A stretch of 63,997 nucleotides of DNA, filler included, from Candidatus Babelota bacterium (GCA_017999075.1; 13 parts of 13 records of this genome joined end to end with filler, not necessarily neighbours in it); one strand, 5' to 3'. Counted from the whole stretch's first letter, positions 5,163 to 15,654 are shown. The notes: generated from the letters alone by a model not told the origin. Numbers and translations are program-made.

Positions 5163-7352
5163 TTATTTATCTTTCTTTTGTTTTTTTTCTTTTTTTTTAT
5201 TTAACATTCCGTTTTTTTCAAGAAATTCGTAATATAACAAATAAGTATCGTCATTAATAGAACCAAGATGACGTGTTATAATCATGATTTCATTATAAGA
5301 AATTTTAAATTCTGCTGCTAAATCTTCAAATGCTTTTTTTAAACCTGCATCATTAAAAATAAGTTTGCGTACAAGTTCGGTATTATTCCATTCTTGAACT
5401 ATTTTTATTCTTCCGCGTATGTTTCTTTTAAACTGTCTGTCTACTTTTTCTAAAAAATCTGATTCGAATTTATCGTGTATAAGATTAAAATATCCGCCAT
5501 CGTTTTCATAGATTATTTTTGAAGACCATTCTGCGGTTTTCAGAGGATGTTCTTGAATACTGTCGTTAACTTTACCGCCATATTCTATAGGTCTTAAATC
5601 TTTTGAAGCTGTAAATTGAGCTGCTTTATATTTGTAACTTTCAGGTGTCATTACTGTTAATCTGAGTAGTGCTAGCATTTCAGTGGCTGAATTAGTCGAG
5701 TCTTCATAGGTAAATAAATGTTTAAGAATAGGAATATCTCCTAATAACGGAACCTTTGATTTCTTTTTTGTAGATTTATCGTTTATGGCGCCGCCAAGTA
5801 TTATTAGTTGACCGTCATTAACAATCTGGCGCGCTTCAAAAATTGTTTCTCTTGATGCGTCTTCGTCTTCTCTGTTGCCGTCAGTTAATTTTAATTCTGA
5901 AATAATTATTTTGTAACTGTTTTTTTTTCTTCCGCGTTCGTCCGTTATTTCTGAAGGAACAGCTATTGCACCTACACTTAGAGTTAACCCGACAGACATT
6001 ATTGTTGTAATGGGATTATTATTTGCGTCTTTTGATTTTAAAGGAATATTCTGATTTTGTTCAAATATTCCGGTGTGCCCGCTGACAAAAGTTATATGCG
6101 GTTTTAAAACTGCTTCTGCCACATTGTGATCAATAAGAGCTCGCAATGAAACTTCTTGAATTCTCCCGCTTTTTGAAGTGTATTGATACATTACCTGAGA
6201 TAACGCTACTCCTGCGGTAAACTCTCCTATGACTTTGGTTCCAGTAGTTTTTCCGGAATTTAAATTTATTACATTACCGTCTGCATCTTCCTGAGGAGAT
6301 ACTGTTTCTTCAGTAAAATTTCCGGCAGTTTCATCATATATCCGTAATCCTGAATGTTCGTATTTCATTCCTAATTGTTTTGCTTTTGCCATATTTACCG
6401 ACAAAATAGTCCCTTCAACAAGTATTGTAGGAGGTTCAAAATCGTATTGTTCAATAAATTTTTTTATTTCTTCTATTTGCTTTTTAGGACCGCTTAAAAA
6501 TAATTTTTTTTGTTTTTCATCTGAATCAATTTTTTTTAAATCATATATGGTCTGGATGATTTTTATTATATTATTTATTTCAGCATACTTTACCTGTATT
6601 ACTTCTGATACCTGCTCTTGTTCAGAAGTGTCTATTTTATTTATTAAATCTGATATCTGATTTAATTTTGCCGGTCTGTCAGTTATTACTAAAGCTTTTG
6701 ATGCCGGATCTATAGAAACGATGCATTTACCGAAATGGTTAAGGATAATTTCATTCATTCTTTCAGCGCTGATATATTTTAGTTTGAATATTTCCGTTTG
6801 TAACGGTAACTCAAGAGCTTCGGCTTCTGTTTTAGCTTCAAGATAATCTTTATCTAACGTTAAAATGAAATTTTTCAACTCTTCAATTTTTGATTTTTTC
6901 GCTGTTACTAAAAATGCATTTTTCATTTTATCCACTGAAAAATTTAAGTCTCTGCCGAATTTTGAATCTATTACTTTTTGTAAGTCTAATGCTGCAAGAT
7001 GATTTAAAAAAACGTATTCTGTAACTTCAGGTTCAGATAAATTATTGTCTGATGATGGTGGTTGACTAATGTTTTGGATTTGATTGTTTGAATTTTGGGC
7101 AACATCTATAATTTCCACTCGTTTGAATATTTTATCATATAGCGCGGAATCACATTCGAAAACAATGATTTTTTTTTGCGAATCTCCTTTTATATTTATT
7201 CCGAATTCATTTGATAATTGCTGAGCTATTTGTTCTGAAGGCATATAAAAAATTTCAATTTCATAACGTTCTGCAAAAACAAAAGATGTCATAATAAAAA
7301 TCAAAATAAAACTGAAAATAATTTTTTTTGTTATACCTCTGAAAAAAATCAT
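5163..7352 (-). CDS. Secretin (type II secretion GspD / PilQ-like) with repeated Secretin_N domains
   Basis: Signal peptide; several KY..A...D...N.L...G repeats; KVPLLGDIPILKHLF secretin motif. Confidence 0.88.
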   Translation of the reverse strand: MIFFRGITKKIIFSFILIFIMTSFVFAERYEIEIFYMPSEQIAQQLSNEFGINIKGDSQKKIIVFECDSALYDKIFKRVEIIDVAQNSNNQIQNISQPPSSDNNLSEPEVTEYVFLNHLAALDLQKVIDSKFGRDLNFSVDKMKNAFLVTAKKSKIEELKNFILTLDKDYLEAKTEAEALELPLQTEIFKLKYISAERMNEIILNHFGKCIVSIDPASKALVITDRPAKLNQISDLINKIDTSEQEQVSEVIQVKYAEINNIIKIIQTIYDLKKIDSDEKQKKLFLSGPKKQIEEIKKFIEQYDFEPPTILVEGTILSVNMAKAKQLGMKYEHSGLRIYDETAGNFTEETVSPQEDADGNVINLNSGKTTGTKVIGEFTAGVALSQVMYQYTSKSGRIQEVSLRALIDHNVAEAVLKPHITFVSGHTGIFEQNQNIPLKSKDANNNPITTIMSVGLTLSVGAIAVPSEITDERGRKKNSYKIIISELKLTDGNREDEDASRETIFEARQIVNDGQLIILGGAINDKSTKKKSKVPLLGDIPILKHLFTYEDSTNSATEMLALLRLTVMTPESYKYKAAQFTASKDLRPIEYGGKVNDSIQEHPLKTAEWSSKIIYENDGGYFNLIHDKFESDFLEKVDRQFKRNIRGRIKIVQEWNNTELVRKLIFNDAGLKKAFEDLAAEFKISYNEIMIITRHLGSINDDTYLLYYEFLEKNGMLNKKKEKKQKKDK

Positions 7353-7368
7353 AAATAATATACTCCCT

Positions 7369-9870
7369 TTAAAAATTTATTATTAAATTGGTTATTAAAT
7401 TTAATTTGTTATAATTGTTTTCAGTTCGTTCATAATCATTTGTTTCATAAATTATTTCAGAACGAATTGAGATGTTTTTAGATTCTTTTTTAAAAGAATA
7501 TTCTATATTAATTCCGTATTTTTGTCTATAAATATCGTTGTTCTGAATTGATGATTCTATAATGTCTAAGTAATAATTCAAACCTGATGTCAAGAGACGT
7601 TTATTATATTTTAAAGATGCGCTTCCGTTAATATACTTGTCTTTTACGGAATCCGAAGACTTTACTCTGTATTTAATGTTTGAAGATATAAGAAAATATT
7701 CTAATATTTTTTTTGAATAATTTGAAGAAGCTTCATAAATTTTGGTTTTTTTAATATTTTTTTCTATATAATCATTTTCTTTTTCTTTTTCATATAAAAA
7801 AATACAGCTTAAAGAACGGTTTAAGAATTTTGATTCACTTTTTATTTTTAAAATATTATTTTTGATATCTTTATCATTAGGCTGATTAGTAAGCTGTTTA
7901 TTATAATTATCGCGCATTTGGTAATCTGCTGATAATTTTAAAGACTGAAAAAGATTGTTTTTTTTATCTGAAAACGGAGTATATCCTATGGAAAATAAAT
8001 TTTCTTTCAAATATTCTATTGATGTTTGAGATTTATCAAGATTATCATACTGATAAAGAGTTGAAAAATTAAAAATTATTTTTCCATTAATAAAAAGAGT
8101 TTCATAACCTCCGTTATATTTTTGCCTGTCAGCTGTTATAGAACTGTTAATAGAATTATAATTCGGAGTAATTCTTGAAAAACCGGCATTAATTTTATGA
8201 TTATTTTTTTTCAGTGAACTGTTGAATTTTATTGCAGAACCGCTCCATTTGTTTAAAGTGTCCATAATATCATCGTCATACCACGACCCTGCGTATTCAT
8301 AATCCATAACTAAAAGATCAGTTTTGTGAGTTCCGCTAAAACTGAAAATTGTATTTTTTTCCGGTGAAATATTTGAAGAATCAAATGATATAGAATTTTC
8401 ATCGTCTTTAGAAAAAACTGCTGAAACAGAAAAATTATTTTTGTCGGAATAATTCCATTTTGTTTTCATGCCTGCATTTAATCTTGTAAAATTTAAATTA
8501 TCGTGCGGTGCCTTTTCTCTGCCTGCAAAAGCTTCAATGTTCATGTCGTCCAGTATTTTATAATCCAAATATAAACCTTCATATGAATTGTTAAATGTAT
8601 TTTTTGAAAATTCTGTAAAAAGATTTCCGAATTTGAGAGTAATATTGTTTTTTTTGTATTCGGCATATAATTTTTCAAGATCTTTTCGTTTATCAAGATA
8701 ATTATTTAGTTTTGTGATTATTCCGCCTTTGAAAATTATATTTTTGCTGTTTTTCCAGTCGAAATCAATATATTGTTTTGATGTAAATCTGTTTGTTTCT
8801 TTGGAATTTTCGCCTGCGGATTCATAATTGCCGTCTATAGTAATATGCTCGTAATCAATCTCAACTTTTCCTGTTATTTTGAGGTTTTGCATTGATTTTG
8901 AATCTTTGGGAAATTCATTTTTTTCTATTTCCTGTTTTTGTTTTTTTTCTGTTAATAATGAGTCGTACGTGTTGTCTGTAATTTTATTGATTGAAGAATT
9001 TATGTCAATACTGACTAATTTTATAAGTTCGTCTATTGCGTCACGTTCAGTTAATCCTGAATGTTCGGAATAATTTTTTGTTTTAAAAATAAAATCTTTG
9101 AATATTCCGTTTTCTTTTATAATTTTTTTATTATTTGTTTTATTTGTCAATTCATAATTATATAATATTTTAAGACGCAACTCCAGCGGTTGGTCATTAG
9201 CATCTTTTTCTGTTATTGCAAATTCTAATTCTTCTATTTTACCGGTTAATATTAAATCTCCTGTTGAAGAATATGAAACAGGTTTATCAAAATTTGTAAA
9301 TTCTGTTATTGAATGTTTTAATTTATTCGTAAAATCGTATTTATCTGTTTCTGTTTTATATCTGTCTGCAACACTAAACCAGTCTGCCGAGATGTTTATA
9401 TTAATATTTCCTGATTTTATATGCTTATCATTTTGCGTTACATTTAAATGTTCATTAATTTTGTTAATAATTTTTTCGAAAGATAGTTTTGAAAATTTGT
9501 TTTGAAAATTCGGTTTTAAAAAATCTGAGTAGATTAGGATTTCTTTTAATTCAGACTGTGTTGAATAAGGTATTTTTAAAAGAAACTTTTTTAATTCCAA
9601 TGAAAAATCAGAGGTTTTTTCGGTTTCTGCAAAATATACGATTGCAGTTAACCTGTCAAAATCTGAAATATTCGGTTGTTTGATAAGAGTACTGAATATT
9701 TCATTTTTTGAATCATTGCTAATGTCGCTGCCGATTAAAGTTTTATAATATTTTGAGAAAAATATTGGCGTATCAACAACATTATTATTATATGCATTAT
9801 CCGCATAAATATAAAATTCTTGATAAATGAATATTAATATATTTAAAAAAATAATACGAAAATGATTCAT
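7369..9870 (-). CDS. Large exported protein: possible LptE-like domain plus C-terminal outer-membrane beta-barrel
   Basis: Central segment resembles LptE-like folds; C-terminal half has amphipathic strands and ends in Phe (LIINF). Confidence 0.5.
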   Translation of the reverse strand: MNHFRIIFLNILIFIYQEFYIYADNAYNNNVVDTPIFFSKYYKTLIGSDISNDSKNEIFSTLIKQPNISDFDRLTAIVYFAETEKTSDFSLELKKFLLKIPYSTQSELKEILIYSDFLKPNFQNKFSKLSFEKIINKINEHLNVTQNDKHIKSGNININISADWFSVADRYKTETDKYDFTNKLKHSITEFTNFDKPVSYSSTGDLILTGKIEELEFAITEKDANDQPLELRLKILYNYELTNKTNNKKIIKENGIFKDFIFKTKNYSEHSGLTERDAIDELIKLVSIDINSSINKITDNTYDSLLTEKKQKQEIEKNEFPKDSKSMQNLKITGKVEIDYEHITIDGNYESAGENSKETNRFTSKQYIDFDWKNSKNIIFKGGIITKLNNYLDKRKDLEKLYAEYKKNNITLKFGNLFTEFSKNTFNNSYEGLYLDYKILDDMNIEAFAGREKAPHDNLNFTRLNAGMKTKWNYSDKNNFSVSAVFSKDDENSISFDSSNISPEKNTIFSFSGTHKTDLLVMDYEYAGSWYDDDIMDTLNKWSGSAIKFNSSLKKNNHKINAGFSRITPNYNSINSSITADRQKYNGGYETLFINGKIIFNFSTLYQYDNLDKSQTSIEYLKENLFSIGYTPFSDKKNNLFQSLKLSADYQMRDNYNKQLTNQPNDKDIKNNILKIKSESKFLNRSLSCIFLYEKEKENDYIEKNIKKTKIYEASSNYSKKILEYFLISSNIKYRVKSSDSVKDKYINGSASLKYNKRLLTSGLNYYLDIIESSIQNNDIYRQKYGINIEYSFKKESKNISIRSEIIYETNDYERTENNYNKLNLITNLIINF

Positions 9871-9980
9871 AATTTTTTATNNNNNNNNNNNNNNNNNNNN
9901 NNNNNNNNNNNNNNNNNNNNNNNNTTAATTAATTAANNNNNNNNNNNNNNNNNNNNNNNNNNNNNNNNNNNNNNNNNNNN

Positions 9981-10549
9981 CTATAGATATAAGGAACGCA
10001 ATAGTTGTAATTGCTGAATAAATCCATAATCGGCGCGAATTTAATTTTGATTTTATTATAAATTTTGTCGTCCATAATATAGTAATAATTATTGAAATCA
10101 GCAATGTAATTTTTTTTTGGATGATAGATATATTTAAAAGATTTGCTGAACGCGATTACATAACCTTCTTTATTTATAGGGATATTAGCAAATAACGATT
10201 TTAAATCAGATAATGCAATTTTTCCGGCTATTACTCCGTCTGCCTGCCCGCTGTCATTTCCACTTAAATAGAAAGGAATACTGAAATCAATAGAATAAAT
10301 ATTAAATATGTTATCATAATGGGGTTCAGTCCAGGTGCCTGTATCCTTTTTTATAGCAGAATTATACCATAAACAACTTGAGTCAGTATAATTCTGATAA
10401 TTTTCATAAAGGATTTGTCCGTAATCAGAACCTTTTTTATTAAAGAAAGGAGCATATAATTTTTTATTTTTGAATCTATTTGGCTTGAATGCAATTCCAA
10501 ACTGATAGAATCCTTGATTTTTTTTCAGCATATCCTTAAGTAATTGCAA
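9981..10549 (-). CDS. dCache sensor-domain protein, partial (3' truncated by contig end; 5' end irregular)
   Basis: WY..A......WTEPHYD...IDFSIPFY...GVIAG.I.L..L...GY......YIYHP Cache motif. Frame is open upstream to 10720. Confidence 0.75.
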
Positions 10550-11063
10550 TATGCCGGAATCGCTTAATTGAATATTTTTTATATTCGCGGCTGTTTGGGT
10601 TATTAAATTTTCATGATATTTTATTCCGTTTCCAATAGTCTCTGCGGCTTTATTAGAAATAAAAGCTGCTTCGGCAAATGTGTTGTAATTGAATTTTTTT
10701 TTATACTGAAGAATAGAAATTCAATAAAATTATTAAAAATTATTTGGTGCCTACATATATAATTCAATTAAATTAAATGCTGTTTTGATAAACACATACG
10801 GTATCGTTATTTTTTAATTTTAAATATGAATAATTTTAGAATTAACCTCGCAAATTTCAGAATTCCGTGTAATAGCTTCTGATTTCTTTCCTATACTATA
10901 CCTGAACAGCATTTTTTTTCAGTGATAAAAGCTTTTATTAACCCTGATATTTAGTAATATAAATAACAAAATCCAACTGCGAGTCATATATGTTTTTGAA
11001 CTGAAAATGGAAATCCGGTAAATTTTATAAGGTGTTTTAAAAACAAAGATATTGATAATTAAG

Positions 11064-11108
11064 TGGATGCCCCGTAAGGATTTGAACCTTAACAAGCGGA
11101 GTCAGAGT
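11064..11108 (-). tRNA. 3' half of tRNA-Gln(CTG): prophage att-site remnant, not a complete tRNA
   Basis: Minus strand A-CTCTGAC-TCCGC-TTGT-TAAGG-TTCAAAT-CCTTA-CGGGGCA-T-CCA gives anticodon loop, T arm, acceptor 3' strand and CCA. The 5' half is missing and the integrase stop lies 17 nt away. Confidence 0.85.
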
Positions 11109-11125
11109 GCAAACTGTATTTTTTT

Positions 11126-12304
11126 CTAAATCACTGATAAATCAGGAGTTAAATCGTTTTTCAAGTTAAATTTTCCGATTATTTTCCGATTATTGAATTC
11201 GGATAATTTAATAATTGCGTCTTTTTTCCTGTCTTCTTTTTTACCGATATAACGCATGGTTGTGTTAATATCTTTATGGTGTAATAATTCTTTAATGGTC
11301 TCAATGGGAATACCTATATCACTGCAATTAGTCGCAAAAGTGCGTTTCAAATCATAGAACCAGCCGTCAATACCTGTTTTTTCTTTAAACTTTTTCCAGT
11401 ATCCGGTCCATGTATTTAAACTAATGGGAACAAATTTTCCGGTTTTATTTTTATAAACGAAAACATAATCAGGGTGCGTCTTTCTTTCTTTAATCATTTG
11501 TAACATTTCTTTAATCCTATCGTCGAAATAACAATACTCCGTTCTTTTTCCTTTAGCATTTTCATAGACCATTTTAACTTTATTCTCGGCAAAATTTATA
11601 TCGTTCCATTGTATCAATCCGGTCGCGGTCGGGCGAGTTCCAACGCTCAACAGAAAGAATACAAATTCTTTAATAAAAGCCGGCATAAAATTAAAAATCT
11701 GTTCGATTTCTTCGTCTGAATAAACATTGTCCCGTCGGTTATCGACATCGAATTTATTCAAATACCGGAACGGCGATACAATTATTTTCTTCTGCCGGAT
11801 TGCATCGTTACAAATTTTTTTAAGCAATGAAATATGCCTGTTTAATGTCGCTTCTTTCAATCCTCTTTTTTTTATCTTGTTAATGTAATCGTAGCCCTGT
11901 TCAAGCTCAAGTTTATCAAGATAAAATTCTCCTAAAATTGGTAAGATATCTTTATTGATTTTGTGTAAATCGTCTTCGTGCGAGCGCTTATAACGCTTCG
12001 AATAATTCTCATACCAATATAAAACCCAATCTTTAAACTGCAAGCTTTTTTCTACCGCTGGTTTGTTCTGCGCAGCAAGTTCAGCAAGTTTTAATTCTCT
12101 TGCTTTTGAAGCTGCAAGCTGTGATTCAAAACCTCCTTTTTGAATTTCTTTCCGACCTTGATAAATTCGGTATTCCCACTTCCCTTTATTATATCGGTCA
12201 GGAGAGACGCCTTTGTATCGGCGTTTCATATCAGTATTATTATAGCATATTTTTTTTGATACATCCATCGTTTTTTTTCCTTTAATAATTTTTAAAATTT
12301 TCAA
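11126..12304 (-). CDS. int: Phage integrase (tyrosine recombinase with arm-binding N-terminus); true start may be 12268 or 12229
   Basis: Arm-binding-like segment (GKWEYRIY...GGFES...A); core-binding domain (LKEATLNRHISLLK); catalytic region GTRP...YDLKRTFAT...LLHHKDINTTMRY. Confidence 0.9.
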   Translation of the reverse strand: MKILKIIKGKKTMDVSKKICYNNTDMKRRYKGVSPDRYNKGKWEYRIYQGRKEIQKGGFESQLAASKARELKLAELAAQNKPAVEKSLQFKDWVLYWYENYSKRYKRSHEDDLHKINKDILPILGEFYLDKLELEQGYDYINKIKKRGLKEATLNRHISLLKKICNDAIRQKKIIVSPFRYLNKFDVDNRRDNVYSDEEIEQIFNFMPAFIKEFVFFLLSVGTRPTATGLIQWNDINFAENKVKMVYENAKGKRTEYCYFDDRIKEMLQMIKERKTHPDYVFVYKNKTGKFVPISLNTWTGYWKKFKEKTGIDGWFYDLKRTFATNCSDIGIPIETIKELLHHKDINTTMRYIGKKEDRKKDAIIKLSEFNNRKIIGKFNLKNDLTPDLSVI

Positions 12305-12512
12305 TGTATCGACGGACTGAATTTATATCAATTAGTATGAGTTTTTTTGAAACAGCATAACCTTTTATTAAATTTTTATAATACCAGCGTAAAACAGTTT
12401 TACGACAGATTCCAAGTCTGTCGGCTATTTCCGCCGGTTGAGCTGTTTGCGGTAATTTGGTTATGCTATTTGACTTTACTAATTCCATTGTCAGTTCATA
12501 AAAATAATACAA
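12282..12512 (-). CDS. Excisionase-like helix-turn-helix protein
   Basis: PAEIADRLGICRKTVLRWYYKNLIKGY...ILIDINSV.RYI (HTH_17/MerR-like); immediately upstream of the integrase. Confidence 0.75.
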   Translation of the reverse strand: MYYFYELTMELVKSNSITKLPQTAQPAEIADRLGICRKTVLRWYYKNLIKGYAVSKKLILIDINSVRRYIENFKNY

Positions 12513-12549
12513 AATTTAACGATAATAAATAAATGGTATTTAACAAAAA

Positions 12550-13059
12550 TTATAAATATCCAACCGCAATAATTTCAGCATTGCTTTGCAATATATCAGT
12601 AACAAAACAACTAATACACGATAGTCTGTTAATTCGCATATAATCGCAAACATCTTTGTCATGCTTTTCATTTATATTTGATAGTATTTTTTGACACGCA
12701 GCAGCATATTCAGCCTGCTGATATAATTCTATTCCTCCGTCACCAGAAACACGCATATTGTGTTTATTAGCATTAAACGCACTGTAGATAATATCTACAT
12801 TAGTCCTGCGTTTTAGGTGTGCAATTATATTACTATTTGCAGAATCTGCTGAAACATTATCAAATAAACTAATCTTACCGTTTTCTGTAAAATTCTGAAT
12901 ACCAAATCTAACCTTTTTATTTATTATCTTATTTTGCATATCTTTTTCCAAAGCAACCATTGTTGATTTATAGTGTTGCATCACTATAGGTTGAATTTGT
13001 TTAATAGATAATCGGTATTCGATTATATCATACTGTAATACAATAAAATCGTGTGCCAT
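12550..13059 (-). CDS. Hypothetical phage protein
   Basis: 169-aa ORF with AGGGGG RBS inside the prophage. Confidence 0.55.
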   Translation of the reverse strand: MAHDFIVLQYDIIEYRLSIKQIQPIVMQHYKSTMVALEKDMQNKIINKKVRFGIQNFTENGKISLFDNVSADSANSNIIAHLKRRTNVDIIYSAFNANKHNMRVSGDGGIELYQQAEYAAACQKILSNINEKHDKDVCDYMRINRLSCISCFVTDILQSNAEIIAVGYL

Positions 13060-13155
13060 AATAAAAACCCCCTAAAATTTTTGATAAAAAATATTCATTA
13101 TGTTTAGAAAAATATTTAGCACGACATTCCTCAAGTCGAAACCTTACGCGCAATG

Positions 13156-13719
13156 CTAAATTCTATCCTCTAAAAAATTCTTTAAATAATAACGTAAATG
13201 TCTGTGTATTATAGCACCAGAATGCTTTCTTTCTGTAAAAAAATATGATAGGTTATATCGTATATTAAAACTATGTAAAGTTCCTAAAATAGCGTTTGCA
13301 TTCATTTTTACGCTATAATTATTTGTGCAGATATCCTGATAGGCGTTTGGATTTTCAACAATCAGAATAGTATTACGTTTTTGTTTATTTAAGTTTGCTT
13401 CAAATTCTTCGCGTTCATACGAAAATTTAACTGCAAGGCTGTTTAAACTATTTTCCCGTATTACTGTAACATCTGTATCGAAGTACATATCCCTTTGAAT
13501 GTTCTTTTCAACACAAGCATGTAAGCATACCGAGTACTGACCAAAATCCAACGCTGTAACTTTTGTGCGGATATTGTTTGTATTGAAATAGTCCAAAGTA
13601 TGCTGACTTTTTTCTTTCTCGTCTATCAGTATTGTCATTTGCGACAATAACTCTTTAAGTTTTTTTTCTGTGTAATGTTGTTTCATTTTATACCCCCAAA
13701 AATAATTAAATATATTCAC
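13156..13719 (-). CDS. ERCC4/XPF nuclease-fold protein with degenerate catalytic motif (likely start MKQHY at 13686)
   Basis: Layout of phage ERCC4 proteins (ILID..EK...L..G.Y.....V...SL..L...R..FE...LIVE), but GD..ERK..D reads GQ..IREN..S. Confidence 0.7.
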   Translation of the reverse strand: MNIFNYFWGYKMKQHYTEKKLKELLSQMTILIDEKEKSQHTLDYFNTNNIRTKVTALDFGQYSVCLHACVEKNIQRDMYFDTDVTVIRENSLNSLAVKFSYEREEFEANLNKQKRNTILIVENPNAYQDICTNNYSVKMNANAILGTLHSFNIRYNLSYFFTERKHSGAIIHRHLRYYLKNFLEDRI

Positions 13720-13780
13720 AGCATAAATACTAATTCACTAAATTCTTTAAATCTTTTAAGGACTATGGCACTGAAATAGT

Positions 13781-14865
13781 TTAAAATTTTTTTTCATAAG
13801 GTATTAATCTTCCTTCCGTATCAAAAGTTGCTTTTGCTTCTTTAATCCAGCGTTTCATCAATACATATTCTGTTTTAACTTTAACATCAGGACATACAAT
13901 ATTCATACTATCAATCATAATCTTACTTATTTTCTCTGCTTCTTCGCGATGGTTACAATTTTCAATCGGCAATTCAATAATAACTTCATCGTGAATGAAT
14001 GCAACAACGCGGTATCCGCGCTTAATAAGTCGATACAAAGCAATTTTTGCACCGTCAGCGGCTAGTCCTTGAAACGGAGTATTACGCGAGGCGCAAAATG
14101 TAATATTTGAGCGTATGCGTCCAGTTAAAGTTTCCGCAGTCAGATTGCCTTCAAATAAAGCACGGGCTAATTTAGGACTACCAGTTTTTGTATAAATTTC
14201 GCCGGTAAATTTTTCTTTTCCTTCAAATTCAATCTCTTCAATTTTCGACCAAGCCCAATCTTTTTCTTCTTGTGTATATTCCCTTTCAGTGGTTTTGGTT
14301 TTATTAAGTCCTGATATAATTCCTTTCAAGGTATATACAGCATATTCATTATCTTTTTTTGTTTGAGTGTAATAATCAGATAAATCATATTTTTTCCGGA
14401 ATTTTGTTATAAAATCATTTTCAAGATAATTCCGCATTTCAGGGAAATTTTTCAACCATTTTTCTTTCAAATCTTTTGCCTGCTGCTCTGTTAATATTAT
14501 GCCGTATGTGTTTTTCGCAAATTGTATAAAACTTTTTATACCGAGACCGCCAGGAAACCCGAAGTTTGCAGATTTAGCAGTCTGTCTTTCTTCGGCAGTG
14601 ATATCAGATATACTTTTATTATAAATCAAAGCGGCGAACCATATATGCAAGTCCTGACCACTGTTTATTATTTCAAGCATTTTTGAACTACCAAATTTTT
14701 TGAATATAATTAACGCAAGCGTTATAAGTTCAATCTGAGAATAATCGACTGCAAGCAATAAATATCCTTCAGTCGGAATAAATACTTCGCGTGGTCTGCC
14801 TTTTCGCGGCAAATTTTGAACATTAGGTTTTGAGCAAGATGTTCTGCCAGTTGCTACGATCAAAC
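13781..14865 (-). CDS. Phage-type DNA polymerase family A, C-terminal polymerase domain (5' truncated)
   Basis: TGRTSCSKPNVQNLP, motif A DYSQIEL, motif B R..AK..NFG, NTPFQG.AAD, motif C IHDEV. Confidence 0.92.
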
Positions 14866-14965
14866 NNNNNNNNNNNNNNNNNNNNNNNNNNNNNNNNNNN
14901 NNNNNNNNNTTAATTAATTAANNNNNNNNNNNNNNNNNNNNNNNNNNNNNNNNNNNNNNNNNNNN

Positions 14966-15654
14966 TTAGGATTATTCATTTCAAGCAGTATTCTGACACC
15001 GCTGTCAATATGTAATGGCGCAGGATAATACAACTCAACATTTTCAGAATTCCATATTTTAGAGCTGCAAAAAACCCATTGCTGAGTCCTGAAATTATTG
15101 CCTTCAGCCAAAGAAGTCAAGGATAAAGCAGTTATTCCAAATTTTTTAATAAAATCATTTTGAAAGGTAATATTCCCAAAAAAATCTTCATGTTCTACAA
15201 TAACAAGTATTGACCCTCCGCTTTTAATAAAATTTTCCAGAGCTGTAATTTCCGCCTGCCGGTATCTCCTGTTAACGGCTACACCAAGAACCAGTATTTT
15301 CCCTTTGCCTGAATAATTTTCAAGAAATTTTTCAAGGGGCAAAGAGTTGATTGAAACCGATGCTCCGATTTTTTTTAAACTTACAGTAAGCTGCGACATA
15401 CCTGAATACCCTGTTTCAAAAGGCGAATACACTTGTTCCTGACTTTGATCAAATACTATATAAAACAAAGGCGCTATATGAGGAATGCTGATATCCGCAT
15501 TATTTTTTTTATTCAAACCATTCTTATATTCAACAGTTTTGTCCAAATTGAAATCGCTGCAGCTCAATGTTAAAAAAAATGTATAAAATATAAAAAAAAA
15601 TCTTAAAAATAAGCAGTTTTTCGAAAATGTAATTATTGTCACACTATTATTCAT
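14966..15654 (-). CDS. Putative lipoprotein with GIFT/DUF4350-like domain, partial
   Basis: Lipobox-like LTLSC; IVFDQS....GYSGMS.L...L and EITALENFIKSGGSILVI motifs. Confidence 0.5.

Larger units (their letters stand above)
11064..14865 (-). mobile_element. End of a prophage/integrative element inserted at tRNA-Gln(CTG)
   Basis: att remnant, integrase, excisionase-like HTH, ERCC4-like protein and phage-type PolA, all co-oriented. Confidence 0.85.

Noticed and set aside
11064-11108. Functional or suppressor tRNA
   Set aside because: The 5' half is absent and the anticodon is CTG (Gln), not CTA.
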